In this document: in pieces, positions 28,786-39,935 of the stretch | How the letters are laid out: the number at the start of each line of letters is the position of its first letter | Numbering within the stretch: position 1 is the stretch's first letter | From: Draconibacterium orientale | GTDB taxonomy: Bacteria; Bacteroidota; Bacteroidia; Bacteroidales; JAIFNL01 | Reading direction: 5' to 3' | DNA: 51,919 nucleotides | Assembly: GCA_022729915.1 (NCBI GenBank) | Contig: DZBP01000003.1 | Span: forward strand, 1-51,919 | Notes under the pieces: generated by a model | The model's database searches: none | What the model saw: only the letters and a program-made list of their open reading frames with translations | What the model was told of the DNA's origin: nothing | Translations under genes and position numbers: made by a program

Positions 28786-29739
28786 TTAAACGAAAAAGTC
28801 AGTAAAATAAATATCAGAAATAGTACCGGCAACAACATTTTCAAAAGCCTGTTTTTCAGTTTTTATACCCGGAATTACTACATGGCATGCCGGGTGCGAA
28901 ATACAAAATTTCAAACTCAATTGCGCCTTTGAATAATGCTTGTGCTTTTCAAAAAATGAATCATACTTTGATAAAGTTTCAAGGTAATTTTGAAGTTTTT
29001 CGGGCGAAAGATTCAGTTGCCTATGATCAGTGCTAGAAAAAAGAGTATTTTTGGAAAATTTGCCAGATAGCAAGCCAAAAAGCAAGGGTATTCGCACAAT
29101 GACGCCTGTGCCATATTTCAACGCTTTGGGGAAAAGCACTTTTTCGGCTTCTCTTTCTAACAAATTGTAACGTACTTGTATTACGTCAATTAAATCAGAA
29201 TGTCTATCTAAAATATGAGCTTGTTCGGTTTCTTTAAACGATTGGACGCTCCAGCCAACATGTTTAATTTTACCAGTTTTTTTTAATATTTCGAGCGCTT
29301 CCCAAGGTTCATCTTTTTCGAGTAAATCAGTAGTTGGACTGTGCAATTGCAATATATCTAAACTTTCAGTATTTAAGCGTTTTAGACTCTGTTCGGCTGC
29401 GAAAATAAGATGTTTTTTTGAATAATCGGGATTTGCAGGAGTCGAATCAAAACTCTTCTCTAAAAAAGGATAAAAATTATTTCCTGCTTTTGTTGCAATA
29501 ACAGGCTTTTGTGTTGAATTTCTTTCTTTCAAAACCTCAGCAATCAAACGTTCGGAATGCCCAAAACCATAAACATCGGCGGTGTCGATGAACGAAATTC
29601 CCTTATCAAGAGCCGAATGAATTGCTTTTTTTGAAGTGCTATCGTCGGTTTTACCCCAATCTCTACCACTTATTCCCCAAGCACCAAAGCCAATAACAGA
29701 AATTTCTGGACCGTTTTTCCCTAATTTTATTGTCTGCAT
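28786..29739 (-). CDS. aldo/keto reductase
   Basis: 317 aa. GFGAWGISG, FIDTADVYGFGHSERL, LDILQLHSP and VRIPLLFGLLSG are the AKR-family pattern. Confidence 0.9.
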   Translation of the reverse strand: MQTIKLGKNGPEISVIGFGAWGISGRDWGKTDDSTSKKAIHSALDKGISFIDTADVYGFGHSERLIAEVLKERNSTQKPVIATKAGNNFYPFLEKSFDSTPANPDYSKKHLIFAAEQSLKRLNTESLDILQLHSPTTDLLEKDEPWEALEILKKTGKIKHVGWSVQSFKETEQAHILDRHSDLIDVIQVRYNLLEREAEKVLFPKALKYGTGVIVRIPLLFGLLSGKFSKNTLFSSTDHRQLNLSPEKLQNYLETLSKYDSFFEKHKHYSKAQLSLKFCISHPACHVVIPGIKTEKQAFENVVAGTISDIYFTDFFV

Positions 29740-30058
29740 AACTTAAACCAATTAATTGTTTATTAAATATATAATTCACTAAAAACTACTATTTTTATAA
29801 AAAAATCTCCTTATTAAAACCCTAAATATAATTTATTTTTCTTAAAAATACTAAAAAAAGTATGTTTATAGTAAGTTTCTTATATATTTGTGAAATTAGA
29901 TTTTAGTTTAATTTGATTCATTAAAATTAAAACATTTTTGCTAATAAAAAAATAAATTCTTTTAAAGCAATACTAATATAATATATTTTAAAATTAATTC
30001 ATCAGTATTTTAGCAGAATAATTTCAATAAAAATACTATATTTTGATATTAAAAAAAA

Positions 30059-31108
30059 ATGAAAATTACAAAAAAACTTTTCAGTGATAAAAATAACAAC
30101 GTTTTCCTTTTTAAGTTAGAAAACAACAATGGAATCGAAATAAAAATCTCTAATTATGGAGGAATAATTACCTCATGGTTAGTGCCAGATAATAATGGAA
30201 ATAAAATAGATATTGTATTAGGTTTCAATACTTTTGAAGAATATACAAGCCAAAAATACATTAACTCTTGTCCTTACTTTGGTGCAATAGTTGGACGATT
30301 TGCTAACAGAATTGCAAAAGGCAGTTTTACAATAGACGGGAAAGAATATAAATTAGCTATCAACAACGGTGAAAATCACTTGCATGGAGGAATTGAAGGG
30401 TTTGATAAGAAAATATGGGAAGCTAAAACCTTTGAAAATCTCAACGAAATATGCTTATCATTAAGCTATTTGAGTGTTGATGGGGAAGAAAATTATCCAG
30501 GAAATTTACAGGCAAAAGTTGATTATACACTTAACAATAAAAACGAATTGAGTGTAAAATATTTTTCCGAAACAGATAAAAAAACCACATTAAATTTAAC
30601 CCAACATTCTTATTTCAACTTAAAAGGCGAAGGAAATGGTGATGTTTTGGAGCATATAATAAGTATAAATGCTGATAAATTCGCAGAGCCTGCTAGCAAT
30701 TTAATTCCAACGGGGAAAATGCCCGATTTAAAGGGAAACAATCTCGATTTGCGCACAAAAAAAGCCATAAAAGAAAACATTAAAAAAGTTGGAGGAAATG
30801 GATACGACCACAATTATATTTTAAACAAAACAAAAAACGAGTTAAGTTTTGCGGCAAAAGTAGTAGAACCAGAAAGTAATAGAATATTAGAAGTTTATAC
30901 TACCAAACCCGGAATACAATTTTATACCGGAAATTTTCTCGACGATTCGATAACCGGAAAATCGGGAAAAACTTATTTTCCTCATGCAGGATTTTGTTTA
31001 GAAACACAATTTTTTCCAGATAGCCCTAATAAGCCTGAGTTTCCATCAGCTTTTTTGGAAGTAGGTGAAAAATACGAACACGAAACAGTTTTCAAGCTTG
31101 TTTTTTAG
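30059..31108 (+). CDS. galM: aldose 1-epimerase (galactose mutarotase)
   Basis: 349 aa. GRFANRIAKGSF, NHLHGGIEGFDKKIW, NLTQHSYFNL and FCLETQFFPDSPN are the mutarotase motifs. Confidence 0.9.
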   Translation: MKITKKLFSDKNNNVFLFKLENNNGIEIKISNYGGIITSWLVPDNNGNKIDIVLGFNTFEEYTSQKYINSCPYFGAIVGRFANRIAKGSFTIDGKEYKLAINNGENHLHGGIEGFDKKIWEAKTFENLNEICLSLSYLSVDGEENYPGNLQAKVDYTLNNKNELSVKYFSETDKKTTLNLTQHSYFNLKGEGNGDVLEHIISINADKFAEPASNLIPTGKMPDLKGNNLDLRTKKAIKENIKKVGGNGYDHNYILNKTKNELSFAAKVVEPESNRILEVYTTKPGIQFYTGNFLDDSITGKSGKTYFPHAGFCLETQFFPDSPNKPEFPSAFLEVGEKYEHETVFKLVF

Positions 31109-31177
31109 GTATTTAAAACAACAAAAACAATTAATTCTATAAATAAGAAATTTCGTTTAATTGAGGAATTTAAAACA

Positions 31178-34100
31178 TTGGAAATAAAAGAATTAATATC
31201 AAAATTCGCACAAAATAAAAGTTTAGAAAATTTACTAAACGATATAAATGATAAAGAACCGAAAATTTATCATTTAAACGGCTTATACGCTTCATCTGCA
31301 AGCTTTTACTTTCTGGCTTTTTTAAAAAAGAAAACCAGTACCAATTTTATTATTTTAGGCGACCGAGAAGAAGCATCGTATTTTTATAACGATTTGTTAA
31401 ACATTTCGGGTAATGAGGATTTTCTTTTTTTTCCATCTTCCTTTAAGCGTTCTGTTCAATTTAACAAAATAGATAGTGCGGCAATCATTCAGCGCACCGA
31501 TGTTTTTAACAAAATAGCTTCATCGAGCCGAAAAATAACCATTGTAACTTATACCGAAGCTCTTGCAGAAAAAGTAATTACTGAAAACGAACTTGCTGAA
31601 AATACACTCCAACTTGGCATTGGCGATAAATTGAGTATTGAATTTGTAAACGAAGTACTTATTGAGTACAACTTTAAGCTAGTTGATTTCGTTTTTGAGC
31701 CCGGACAATATTCAATTAGGGGAAGTATTATAGATATTTTTTCGTTTTCTAACGACAATCCGTTTAGAATTGACTTTTTTGGAAATGAAATTGAAAGTAT
31801 TCGGACTTTCGATATCGTTTCACAGCTTTCAAAAGCTAAATTTGAACGAATTGCTATCATTCCGGACATTCAGAACAAAAATAAAGGAAAAGAAAGAATT
31901 AGCATTTTCAATTTCCTACCCAAAGGCTCAATTATTTGGACTAAAGATGCTAAATATACTCAAGAGAAACTAACTGCGGTTTACCAAAATATAGCTGAAA
32001 AAAAAGAAGTTTTTGATGAAAACGACGAAGAACAAACAAATATAAAATTAGAACATTTAATAGATGGTACTATTTTTAGAACAGAAATACAACAATTTAG
32101 ATTAATTGAATTTGGACACGAAAAACTTTTCCACTCAAACTTCAATTATCAGTTTAATATTTCAATACAACCTGCTTTTAGTAAGAATTTTGGGCTTTTA
32201 GCAATGAATTTGCAACAACAAGAAGCTGAGTATTACAAAATTTTCATTTTCTCAGAAAGTACTAAACAAATAGAACGTTTAAATGTAGTATTGGATTCTG
32301 AGCAAATAAATGCAAAAGTTCATTTTGAACCTATCGTAAGTTCTATTCATGGTGGTTTTCTTGATAATGATTTGCGATTATGTTGCTACACCGACCATCA
32401 AATTTTTGAGCGTTATTATAAATTCAAAACCAGCGATAACTCGCTAGTTAAAGGTAAAGAAGTGCTCACATTGAGCGAGTTACAAGACTTACACCCAGGC
32501 GATTACGTTGTACATACCGACCATGGAATCGGACGCTTTGGCGGTTTGCAAACCATCGAAACCAATGGAAAGAAACAAGAAGCTATTCGATTGATTTACA
32601 AAGACAACGACATACTTCTTGTGAACATACACTCGCTGCATAGAATTTCGAAATACAAAGGAAAAGATGCAGAACCACCTCATGTTTACAAACTTGGCTC
32701 TGGCACTTGGCAAAAATTAAAAGCAAAAACTAAATCAAAAGTAAAAGATATTGCCAAAGAACTTATTGCACTTTATGCCAAACGCCGCAAGGAAAAGGGT
32801 TTTGCTTTTGCCGAAGATTCTTATTTACAGCAAGCTTTAGAAGCATCTTTTATTTATGAAGACACTCCCGACCAATTGCAGGCAAGCATAGATGTTAAAG
32901 CAGACATGGAAAAAACAGAGCCAATGGATAGGCTTGTTTGTGGCGATGTGGGTTTTGGAAAAACAGAAATAGCAATTAGAGCAGCATTTAAGGCAGTAGC
33001 TGATAATAAGCAAGTTGCAGTTCTAGTTCCAACTACAATATTAGCTTTGCAGCATTACAAAACATTTAGCAAACGATTAAAAGAATTTCCAGCTACTGTG
33101 GACTATATCAGCAGGTTACGCAGCAATAAACAAGTTAGCGAAACACTCAAAAATCTTCAAGAAGGTAAAGTTGATATTCTTATCGGAACACATAAAATAC
33201 TCGGCAAAGAAGTAAAATTCAAAGACTTAGGATTGTTGATAGTTGATGAAGAGCAAAAATTTGGTGTAGCAATGAAAGAAAAGCTCAAAGAAATCAAATT
33301 AAATGTTGATACTCTTACACTTACAGCCACTCCAATTCCACGAACCTTGCAATTTTCGCTTATGGGAGCACGAGATTTATCCATCATCAAAACGCCTCCG
33401 CCAAATCGCTATCCAATTCTTACTGAATTACATACATTTGGTGAAGAAATAATAAGAGAAGCAATTAATTACGAAATAGAACGAAATGGACAAGTTTTTT
33501 TCATAAACAACAGAGTTCAAAACATTTATGAGGTTGAAGCTCTGATAAATAGGCTTTGCCCAAATGCTCGCACGGTTGTGGCTCATGGTCAAATGGAAGG
33601 AAGTAAGCTAGAAAAAATAATGCTGGATTTTGTAAATGAAGAATATGGTGTTTTAATTGCTACAACCATCATAGAATCAGGACTTGACATTCCAAATGCT
33701 AACACAATAATAATCAACAATGCCCAGAATTTTGGGTTAAGCGATTTGCACCAGTTACGCGGACGTGTAGGGCGTTCAAATAAAAAAGCATTTTGCTATT
33801 TGCTTGCACCGCCGCTTACTACGCTGAGTAGTGAAGCTCGACGTCGTTTGCAAGCCATCAATAATTTTTCGGAACTTGGAAGTGGATTCAATATTGCCTT
33901 GCAAGATTTAGATATTAGAGGAGCCGGAAATATGCTTGGTGCCGAGCAAAGTGGCTATATTGCAGACATTGGCTTTGAAACATATCACAAAATTCTTGAT
34001 GAAGCGCTTCTTGAACTTAGAGAAAATGAGTTCAAAGAACTTTTTGAAAAAAATGAAAATCCTTCTGAAAATGAGAAAATATTCGCTAAAAATATTCGTT

Positions 34101-34549
34101 TTCTAAACGATTGCCAAATTGAAACCGATTTTGAACTATTTTTTCCAGAAACTTACATTGAAAATACGGCTGAAAGAATAAAACTCTACCGAAATTTGGA
34201 TAATATTGAAAAAGAAAACCAATTACAAGACTTTGAAAAGCAACTACTTGACCGATTTGGCAAGCTTCCTCACCAAACTGAAGGATTGCTTGAAGTAGTT
34301 CGCTTACGTTGGCTTGCCATAGAACTTGGAATTGAAAAAATAGTAATAAAAAACAATAAATTTATTTGCTATTTCATTTCAAATAAAAATTCAGCTTATT
34401 ATCAATCACCCGTTTTCAGTCGTGTTTTGAGTTTTGTTCAGCAAAAACATTCAATTTGTAAAATGGAAGAAAAAAATAATAAGCTAATGATTACCATTAA
34501 ATATATTAAAGACATTTTTAAAGCTAAAGAATTATTAGGTAAGATATAA
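31178..34549 (+). CDS. mfd: transcription-repair coupling factor Mfd
   Basis: 1123 aa from a TTG start as listed. UvrB-homology N-terminus, the CarD-like HPGDYVVHTDHGIGRF, helicase motifs GDVGFGKTE, DEEQKFG, TATPIPRT and QLRGRVGRS, and a TRCF C-terminal domain. Confidence 0.95.
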   Translation: MEIKELISKFAQNKSLENLLNDINDKEPKIYHLNGLYASSASFYFLAFLKKKTSTNFIILGDREEASYFYNDLLNISGNEDFLFFPSSFKRSVQFNKIDSAAIIQRTDVFNKIASSSRKITIVTYTEALAEKVITENELAENTLQLGIGDKLSIEFVNEVLIEYNFKLVDFVFEPGQYSIRGSIIDIFSFSNDNPFRIDFFGNEIESIRTFDIVSQLSKAKFERIAIIPDIQNKNKGKERISIFNFLPKGSIIWTKDAKYTQEKLTAVYQNIAEKKEVFDENDEEQTNIKLEHLIDGTIFRTEIQQFRLIEFGHEKLFHSNFNYQFNISIQPAFSKNFGLLAMNLQQQEAEYYKIFIFSESTKQIERLNVVLDSEQINAKVHFEPIVSSIHGGFLDNDLRLCCYTDHQIFERYYKFKTSDNSLVKGKEVLTLSELQDLHPGDYVVHTDHGIGRFGGLQTIETNGKKQEAIRLIYKDNDILLVNIHSLHRISKYKGKDAEPPHVYKLGSGTWQKLKAKTKSKVKDIAKELIALYAKRRKEKGFAFAEDSYLQQALEASFIYEDTPDQLQASIDVKADMEKTEPMDRLVCGDVGFGKTEIAIRAAFKAVADNKQVAVLVPTTILALQHYKTFSKRLKEFPATVDYISRLRSNKQVSETLKNLQEGKVDILIGTHKILGKEVKFKDLGLLIVDEEQKFGVAMKEKLKEIKLNVDTLTLTATPIPRTLQFSLMGARDLSIIKTPPPNRYPILTELHTFGEEIIREAINYEIERNGQVFFINNRVQNIYEVEALINRLCPNARTVVAHGQMEGSKLEKIMLDFVNEEYGVLIATTIIESGLDIPNANTIIINNAQNFGLSDLHQLRGRVGRSNKKAFCYLLAPPLTTLSSEARRRLQAINNFSELGSGFNIALQDLDIRGAGNMLGAEQSGYIADIGFETYHKILDEALLELRENEFKELFEKNENPSENEKIFAKNIRFLNDCQIETDFELFFPETYIENTAERIKLYRNLDNIEKENQLQDFEKQLLDRFGKLPHQTEGLLEVVRLRWLAIELGIEKIVIKNNKFICYFISNKNSAYYQSPVFSRVLSFVQQKHSICKMEEKNNKLMITIKYIKDIFKAKELLGKI

Positions 34550-34592
34550 AAAATAAACTTGTAAATTAATAACAAACAATTACTATAATTTT

Positions 34593-35933
34593 ATGACAAT
34601 GAAAACAAAAAAACTTTTAAAGCTAACTATACTTTTTATCGCAATAACTGGATTGCTATCTTTTAGCCCTAAAAGCGAAATAAGTAAACCAAAACCTACA
34701 GCAAAATACATTTTCCTTTTCATTGGCGATGGAATGGGCATCAATCACATTATGATAACCAATGAGTATCTGAAAATGCGTGGAAAAGCACCTTTAAGCT
34801 TTACCAAATTCCCATATTTTGCACTTACTTCTACAAATTGTATTGATACAATGCGTATAACCGACTCTGCGGCTGCTGGAACTGCTATTGCCACAGGATA
34901 TAAAACAAAACCTGGTGTCTTAGGAATGCTTCCTACAACGGGTGAAAAATTTATTTCCATAGCCGAAATAGCAAAACAAAATAATTTTAAAGTAGGTATT
35001 TTAAGTTCGGTTGGAATGAACCATGCAACTCCTGCAGCATTTTACGCAAAGCAAAAAAGTAGAACAATGTACAAAGAAATAGCTGAAGACATGGCACTTA
35101 GCCAGTTCGATTTCTTTGCTGGAGGTGGACTTTATGCACAAGACGAAGCAGAACTTGCTTACTTGCTAAACAACTTGAAATCTAATAATTACGAATTGAT
35201 TTTCAAAGAAACTAAATTCAATAAAAACAATCATAGCAATAAAAAAATATATTATTCTGTTCATGCTGATAAAATACCTGCTTATGCAATTCCATATCGA
35301 ATAGACCAAAAAGAAGAAGATGTGGTACTTGCTGATTATGTGAATTTTGGCATTAACTATTTAGAAAACCCAAACGGCTTTTTTATGATGGCTGAAGGTG
35401 GAAAAATAGATTGGTCTTCGCACGATAACGATGGGGCAACAACAATTCAAGAAGTTATTGACTTTGATTTAGCAGTACAAGAAGCATTAGAATTTTACAA
35501 AAAACACCCCGACGAAACACTTATCATCATTACTGCCGACCACGAAACCGGAGGACTTTCGCATGGCTCACGTGAAATGGCATACAAAACAGACTTCTTG
35601 AATATAGACAACCAAAAAATGTCGGAAGAAGTTTTTACCGAAGAACTTAATGAAAATTTAAATGAAACAAAACAAAAATTAGTAGCTAAAAATTTCAGCT
35701 TAATACTTAAAGAGGATTATTTTGTAAATGTAGAAAATAAAAAATTATCAAGCCAAGTAACTGACTCGCTCAACAAAAGTGCAGGAATTTGGTGGACAAC
35801 AGGCGCACATACCGGAACACTAATAATGACTTACGCATTAGGTGTTGGAAGTGAGCAATTTAACGGAATTATTGATAATACCGATATTATTAAATTTATA
35901 AAAAAATCAGCTAAAATTAATGTGAAGCAATAA
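34593..35933 (+). CDS. phoA: alkaline phosphatase (PhoA family)
   Basis: 446 aa with a signal peptide. FIGDGMG, active-site TDSAAAGTA and ITADHETGG. The symbol reflects the family only. Confidence 0.85.
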   Translation: MTMKTKKLLKLTILFIAITGLLSFSPKSEISKPKPTAKYIFLFIGDGMGINHIMITNEYLKMRGKAPLSFTKFPYFALTSTNCIDTMRITDSAAAGTAIATGYKTKPGVLGMLPTTGEKFISIAEIAKQNNFKVGILSSVGMNHATPAAFYAKQKSRTMYKEIAEDMALSQFDFFAGGGLYAQDEAELAYLLNNLKSNNYELIFKETKFNKNNHSNKKIYYSVHADKIPAYAIPYRIDQKEEDVVLADYVNFGINYLENPNGFFMMAEGGKIDWSSHDNDGATTIQEVIDFDLAVQEALEFYKKHPDETLIIITADHETGGLSHGSREMAYKTDFLNIDNQKMSEEVFTEELNENLNETKQKLVAKNFSLILKEDYFVNVENKKLSSQVTDSLNKSAGIWWTTGAHTGTLIMTYALGVGSEQFNGIIDNTDIIKFIKKSAKINVKQ

Positions 35934-35947
35934 CTTTCTTTAAAAAA

Positions 35948-35996
35948 AAATAAATCAATAATTTTAAAAAAAACTAATTATTGATTTATTTTTTTA
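35948..35996 (+). terminator. A/T-rich rho-independent terminator after the alkaline phosphatase gene
   Basis: 16-bp stem AAATAAATCAATAATT (35948-35963) / AATTATTGATTTATTT (35976-35991) followed by TTTTT. The stem is almost entirely A/T, so its stability is modest. Confidence 0.4.
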
Positions 35997-36186
35997 TAGA
36001 ATAAATAATAACTTTGCTACCAAAATAACAAATTTTTAAGCACCAGTGCTTTTTTATTGGATTATTGGAGCAAATCTTTTTGTAATCAAATAAATTTTAA
36101 AGCATTTGGCAAAATGAGTATATAATTTTTTTTGTCTTAGTGTTAAAATAAAAATTAATACGTTTTTTATTCAAAAAAATAAAAGC

Positions 36187-37008
36187 ATGGAACGTCAAAA
36201 AAATCATAACGAAAACTATACTAAGCCATATATAATAGTTGCAAATTCAACTGTTTTATTTCTGCTTGCTTATGTTTTTATATATAGTTTTCCGATGATG
36301 GCAACTGAATATGTAGCAAATAAACATGGTATAAACATTCGGTTTAATAATTATGCTATCGAATATTTAACACCCAATGATTCACCGCTTTGGACTAAAA
36401 ATAATATTATTAGTATTTTTGCAATAGGTCCGGCTATCACGTTCTTTATGAGTTTCCTTTTTTGGTATATTTCTTACGAACTGAGAAGCACAAAAGGCTT
36501 ATTTAAGCTTTTTTTTACTTGGGCTTATATTCTTTCTTTTAATTTAACTTTTGGAGGATTAATAGCAGGAATTGCAACCCTAGATGGTTTGCTCTTTGTT
36601 TTCAATTGGTCAGGATTATCACCAGGTTTGGCTCTTATTTTGGGAATAATATCCGGTTTTGTTCTTTTTTTTATCGGCAAAGCTTCGAAAGTTTCATTTT
36701 TACGAACGGCATACAACCGCGATTGGATTTTGATGCCCAAAGCTCAAATTATTTTTAAACTTAGAGTAATATATTTGCCCTATTTTATTGGAAGTCTGCT
36801 ACTTTTTGCTACTGGTTTTCCATCGTATTCGCTGTTTTACGTTTTGCAAATCGCAACTTTGATTATTTTATTTTTGCCAACTATGAGTTATTATAGTCCA
36901 GACGAAATAAGGCTTTCTAAAGTAAAAACAAAGCAATTTTTAGCAATTGGATTTATTATTTTATTGGTAATTCATTTTACAATCTTAACACTTTATGTAA
37001 AACTTTAA
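36187..37008 (+). CDS. hypothetical polytopic membrane protein
   Basis: 273 aa with about 7 hydrophobic helices and no recognisable motif. Confidence 0.5.
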   Translation: MERQKNHNENYTKPYIIVANSTVLFLLAYVFIYSFPMMATEYVANKHGINIRFNNYAIEYLTPNDSPLWTKNNIISIFAIGPAITFFMSFLFWYISYELRSTKGLFKLFFTWAYILSFNLTFGGLIAGIATLDGLLFVFNWSGLSPGLALILGIISGFVLFFIGKASKVSFLRTAYNRDWILMPKAQIIFKLRVIYLPYFIGSLLLFATGFPSYSLFYVLQIATLIILFLPTMSYYSPDEIRLSKVKTKQFLAIGFIILLVIHFTILTLYVKL

Positions 37009-37028
37009 TAATCTGACAATTAATACTA

Positions 37029-37634
37029 ATGAATAATAATCCACACAACTATGCACGAGTCATATTTAATTTAATAGCGCCTATTTATTCTTTTTTGGAT
37101 AAATATGTGCGAAAAGCCTTTCGTAAATCATTTGCAAATGTAGTTCAATTAATTGATATACAAGGGAAAAGCGTATTAGATATTGGCACTGGACCCGGTA
37201 CATGGGCTGCTTTGTTCTATGAAAATGGTGCAAAAAATGTACATGGAATCGATATTGCAGAAAACATGATTTACCAAGCAAAAAAAAGGTATTCGCCTAA
37301 CATAAGTTTCTCTTTATCTGATGGAAATAATTTTACAGAATTTCCTGACAATTCGTTTGATATAGTTACGACATCTCTTGTTTTGCACGGAATGAAACAA
37401 AATTATAGAGAAAAAATAGTAGATGAAATGCAACGAATTTCAAAAAAATATGTTATTATAAATGACTTTTACGGCAAAACGCCTTGGATTATTCAATTTT
37501 TGGAATTTTTAGAAAAAAGTGATTATAAACACTTTAAAAGAAATTTCGCCATCGAACTAGCCGAAAAATTTACAAACATTATGCGTATTGATGCATCAGC
37601 CGGAATTTCAGTTTATTTGGCTGAAAAAAAATAA
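37029..37634 (+). CDS. class I SAM-dependent methyltransferase
   Basis: 201 aa. Motif I VLDIGTGPGTW, an acidic post-I residue (GIDIAENM), and FDIVTTSLVLHG (motif II/III). Confidence 0.85.
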   Translation: MNNNPHNYARVIFNLIAPIYSFLDKYVRKAFRKSFANVVQLIDIQGKSVLDIGTGPGTWAALFYENGAKNVHGIDIAENMIYQAKKRYSPNISFSLSDGNNFTEFPDNSFDIVTTSLVLHGMKQNYREKIVDEMQRISKKYVIINDFYGKTPWIIQFLEFLEKSDYKHFKRNFAIELAEKFTNIMRIDASAGISVYLAEKK

Positions 37635-37886
37635 ATTTTGAAAATTTTAAAGAATAATTAATTTTACAATCTCAAAACTAGTATTTTTGAAGAAAATTTC
37701 TTTATATAAATATTTGTTTTTCAAACAATTATTTTTAATTTTATTTATAAAAAAATTGAATCTATAAAATAAAGTAGTTTAAAAGTGAACAATAAACGTT
37801 TTTTTTAACTACTTAAAGAACCAAAAATATAAACTTATAGAAACACATAAAACTTCTATAAATTTACTAAACAAATTTTTTTGACC

Positions 37887-39869
37887 ATGAAAAAAATAGC
37901 TTTATTATTGATATTAATGGGATTGATAACCATACAATTAAGTGCTCAAAACAAAAGTAACCAGTTTTCAAAAGCAGATAAACTTTTTGAAACAGGCGAC
38001 TATTTTAAAGCTATAGATATTTATAAAAAAGCATACAGCAAAACTAAGAAGAAGCCTGCAAAAGCAGAGATTTCGTTCAAAATAGCTGAATGCTACAGAC
38101 TTATGAATATGACTAAAGAAGCTCCATCTTGGTACAAAAAAGCAATAACTGGTAAATATCCTGATACTCATGCAGTTTTGCATTACGCTAATCTTTTAAA
38201 AACTAATGGTGAATTAGACAAAGCGAAAGAACAATTTCAGTTATATAAGGAGCTTGTGCCCGACGACCCACGAGGCGCATTGGGCTTAGAATCAATTGAA
38301 ACGATTAAAAAATGGACTGCTAATCCAAGTGCTTACATTGTTACAGAATTAAAATCATTCAATTCAAAGCAAAGCGATTTTTGTGCAGTTTACTCAAAAA
38401 GTAGTTACTCCGAAATTTATTTTACTTCCACGCGCGAAGGTTCATTAGGCAACAAAATCAATAATGCTTCAGGTGAAAAATTCAGCAGTATTTTTGTGGT
38501 TAACCAAGATAGAAAAGGCAAATGGTCAGAGCCAGTTTTGCTTGATGAAGGAATTATTAACACAAATTTTGACGAAGGAACTCCAAACTTAAATAAAAAT
38601 AAAGTAGCAATGTATTTTACGCGTTGTACCAAAGAAAAAGGCGTAAATTCAGGTTGTAAAATCTATTTTTCCGAAAAAAAATCGCAAGCATGGCAAACGC
38701 CAACCGAGCTTAAACTGCTATCAGACAGTAGTATTACGGTAGGTCATCCAGCTATTTCGGAAGACGAACTTACCTTATATTTTGTTGCCGAAATGCAAGG
38801 CGGCATAGGCGGAAAAGATATTTGGAAAGTAACACGCACTCGTAAAACTGATAAATGGGGCAAACCTGAAAATTTAGGCGGACAAATAAATACAATAGGA
38901 AATGAAATGTTTCCGTATATGCGCAATGACTCAACCTTGTATTTTTCATCAGACGGATTGTTAGGAATAGGAGGTTTAGACATTTTTAAAGCCACTCTAA
39001 GCAAAGGACTTTGGCATGTAGAAAACATGAAGTCGCCTATAAATTCAGAAGCCGATGACTTTGGTATTTCATTTAAAGATGAAGCAAATGATGCCGGTTT
39101 ATTTTCTTCAACACGCAACGAAAAAATGGGAGATAATATCTACACATTCTCGTTGCCTGAAATAAAAGTAGTTCTTGCCGGACTTGTAAAAGATGCAGAA
39201 ACAGGTTTAACACTTGAAGGTGCAAAAGTAAGCTTAATTGGTTCTGATGGAACAGTAATGGATAGGGTTTCAGCACAAAATGGGTCGTTTAGATTCGATT
39301 TAAATACCGAAACAGATTACTTACTTACCGCTGAATTAGCCAATTACTTGAAAGGGAAAGCAGAAGAAACGACTAGTGGAATAGAGAAAACAACTACTCT
39401 AAACATAGAAATTTTGATGCCTCCAATCAAAAAAGTATTTGAATTGCCCAACATCGAATACGCTTATGCAAAGGCTGATTTAAGTCCTATTTCGATGGTT
39501 TCGCTTGATAATTTAGTTGATTTACTAAACGATAACCCAAATATTACCATTGAGTTAGGTGCAAATACCGACTTTAGAGGGACAACCGAAGGCAACGAAA
39601 CACTCTCGCAAGCACGTGCTCAATCCGTTGTAGATTATTTAATTAGCAAAGGAATTTCTCAAAAAAGACTGTCTGCTAAAGGTTATGGCGAATCGCACCC
39701 CAAAACGGTAGATAAAAAAATAGCTTCTATTCATACTTTCTTGAAAGAAAATGATTTACTCGACGAAACATTTATCAACAATTTGCAAACAACCACACAA
39801 AAAGAAATTGCACATCAATTGAACAGGCGTACAGAATTTAGAATACTTTCAACAGATTATAAAGAATAA
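37887..39869 (+). CDS. OmpA family protein with TPR, TolB-like beta-propeller repeats and a CarboxypepD_reg-like domain
   Basis: The ATG at 37887 gives MKKIALLLILMGLITIQLSAQ, a signal peptide. TPR-like N-terminus, repeated WSEP/WGKPENLG..INT propeller motifs, and GLVKDAETGLTLEGAKVSL. OmpA C-terminus: NTDFRGTTEGNETLSQARAQSVVDYL...GYGESHP...NRRTEFRI. Confidence 0.85.
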   Translation: MKKIALLLILMGLITIQLSAQNKSNQFSKADKLFETGDYFKAIDIYKKAYSKTKKKPAKAEISFKIAECYRLMNMTKEAPSWYKKAITGKYPDTHAVLHYANLLKTNGELDKAKEQFQLYKELVPDDPRGALGLESIETIKKWTANPSAYIVTELKSFNSKQSDFCAVYSKSSYSEIYFTSTREGSLGNKINNASGEKFSSIFVVNQDRKGKWSEPVLLDEGIINTNFDEGTPNLNKNKVAMYFTRCTKEKGVNSGCKIYFSEKKSQAWQTPTELKLLSDSSITVGHPAISEDELTLYFVAEMQGGIGGKDIWKVTRTRKTDKWGKPENLGGQINTIGNEMFPYMRNDSTLYFSSDGLLGIGGLDIFKATLSKGLWHVENMKSPINSEADDFGISFKDEANDAGLFSSTRNEKMGDNIYTFSLPEIKVVLAGLVKDAETGLTLEGAKVSLIGSDGTVMDRVSAQNGSFRFDLNTETDYLLTAELANYLKGKAEETTSGIEKTTTLNIEILMPPIKKVFELPNIEYAYAKADLSPISMVSLDNLVDLLNDNPNITIELGANTDFRGTTEGNETLSQARAQSVVDYLISKGISQKRLSAKGYGESHPKTVDKKIASIHTFLKENDLLDETFINNLQTTTQKEIAHQLNRRTEFRILSTDYKE

Positions 39870-39887
39870 TTGAAATTTCAAAAAAAC

Positions 39888-39929
39888 AAAAAGCTAAAAA
39901 AAGATATTCTTTTCTATTTTTAGCTTTTT
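39888..39929. terminator. bidirectional terminator hairpin between the convergent ompA-family and aminotransferase genes
   Basis: 13-bp perfect stem AAAAAGCTAAAAA (39888-39900) / TTTTTAGCTTTTT (39917-39929). The A/T runs give U-tracts in both orientations. Confidence 0.55.
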
Positions 39930-39935
39930 GTCCTT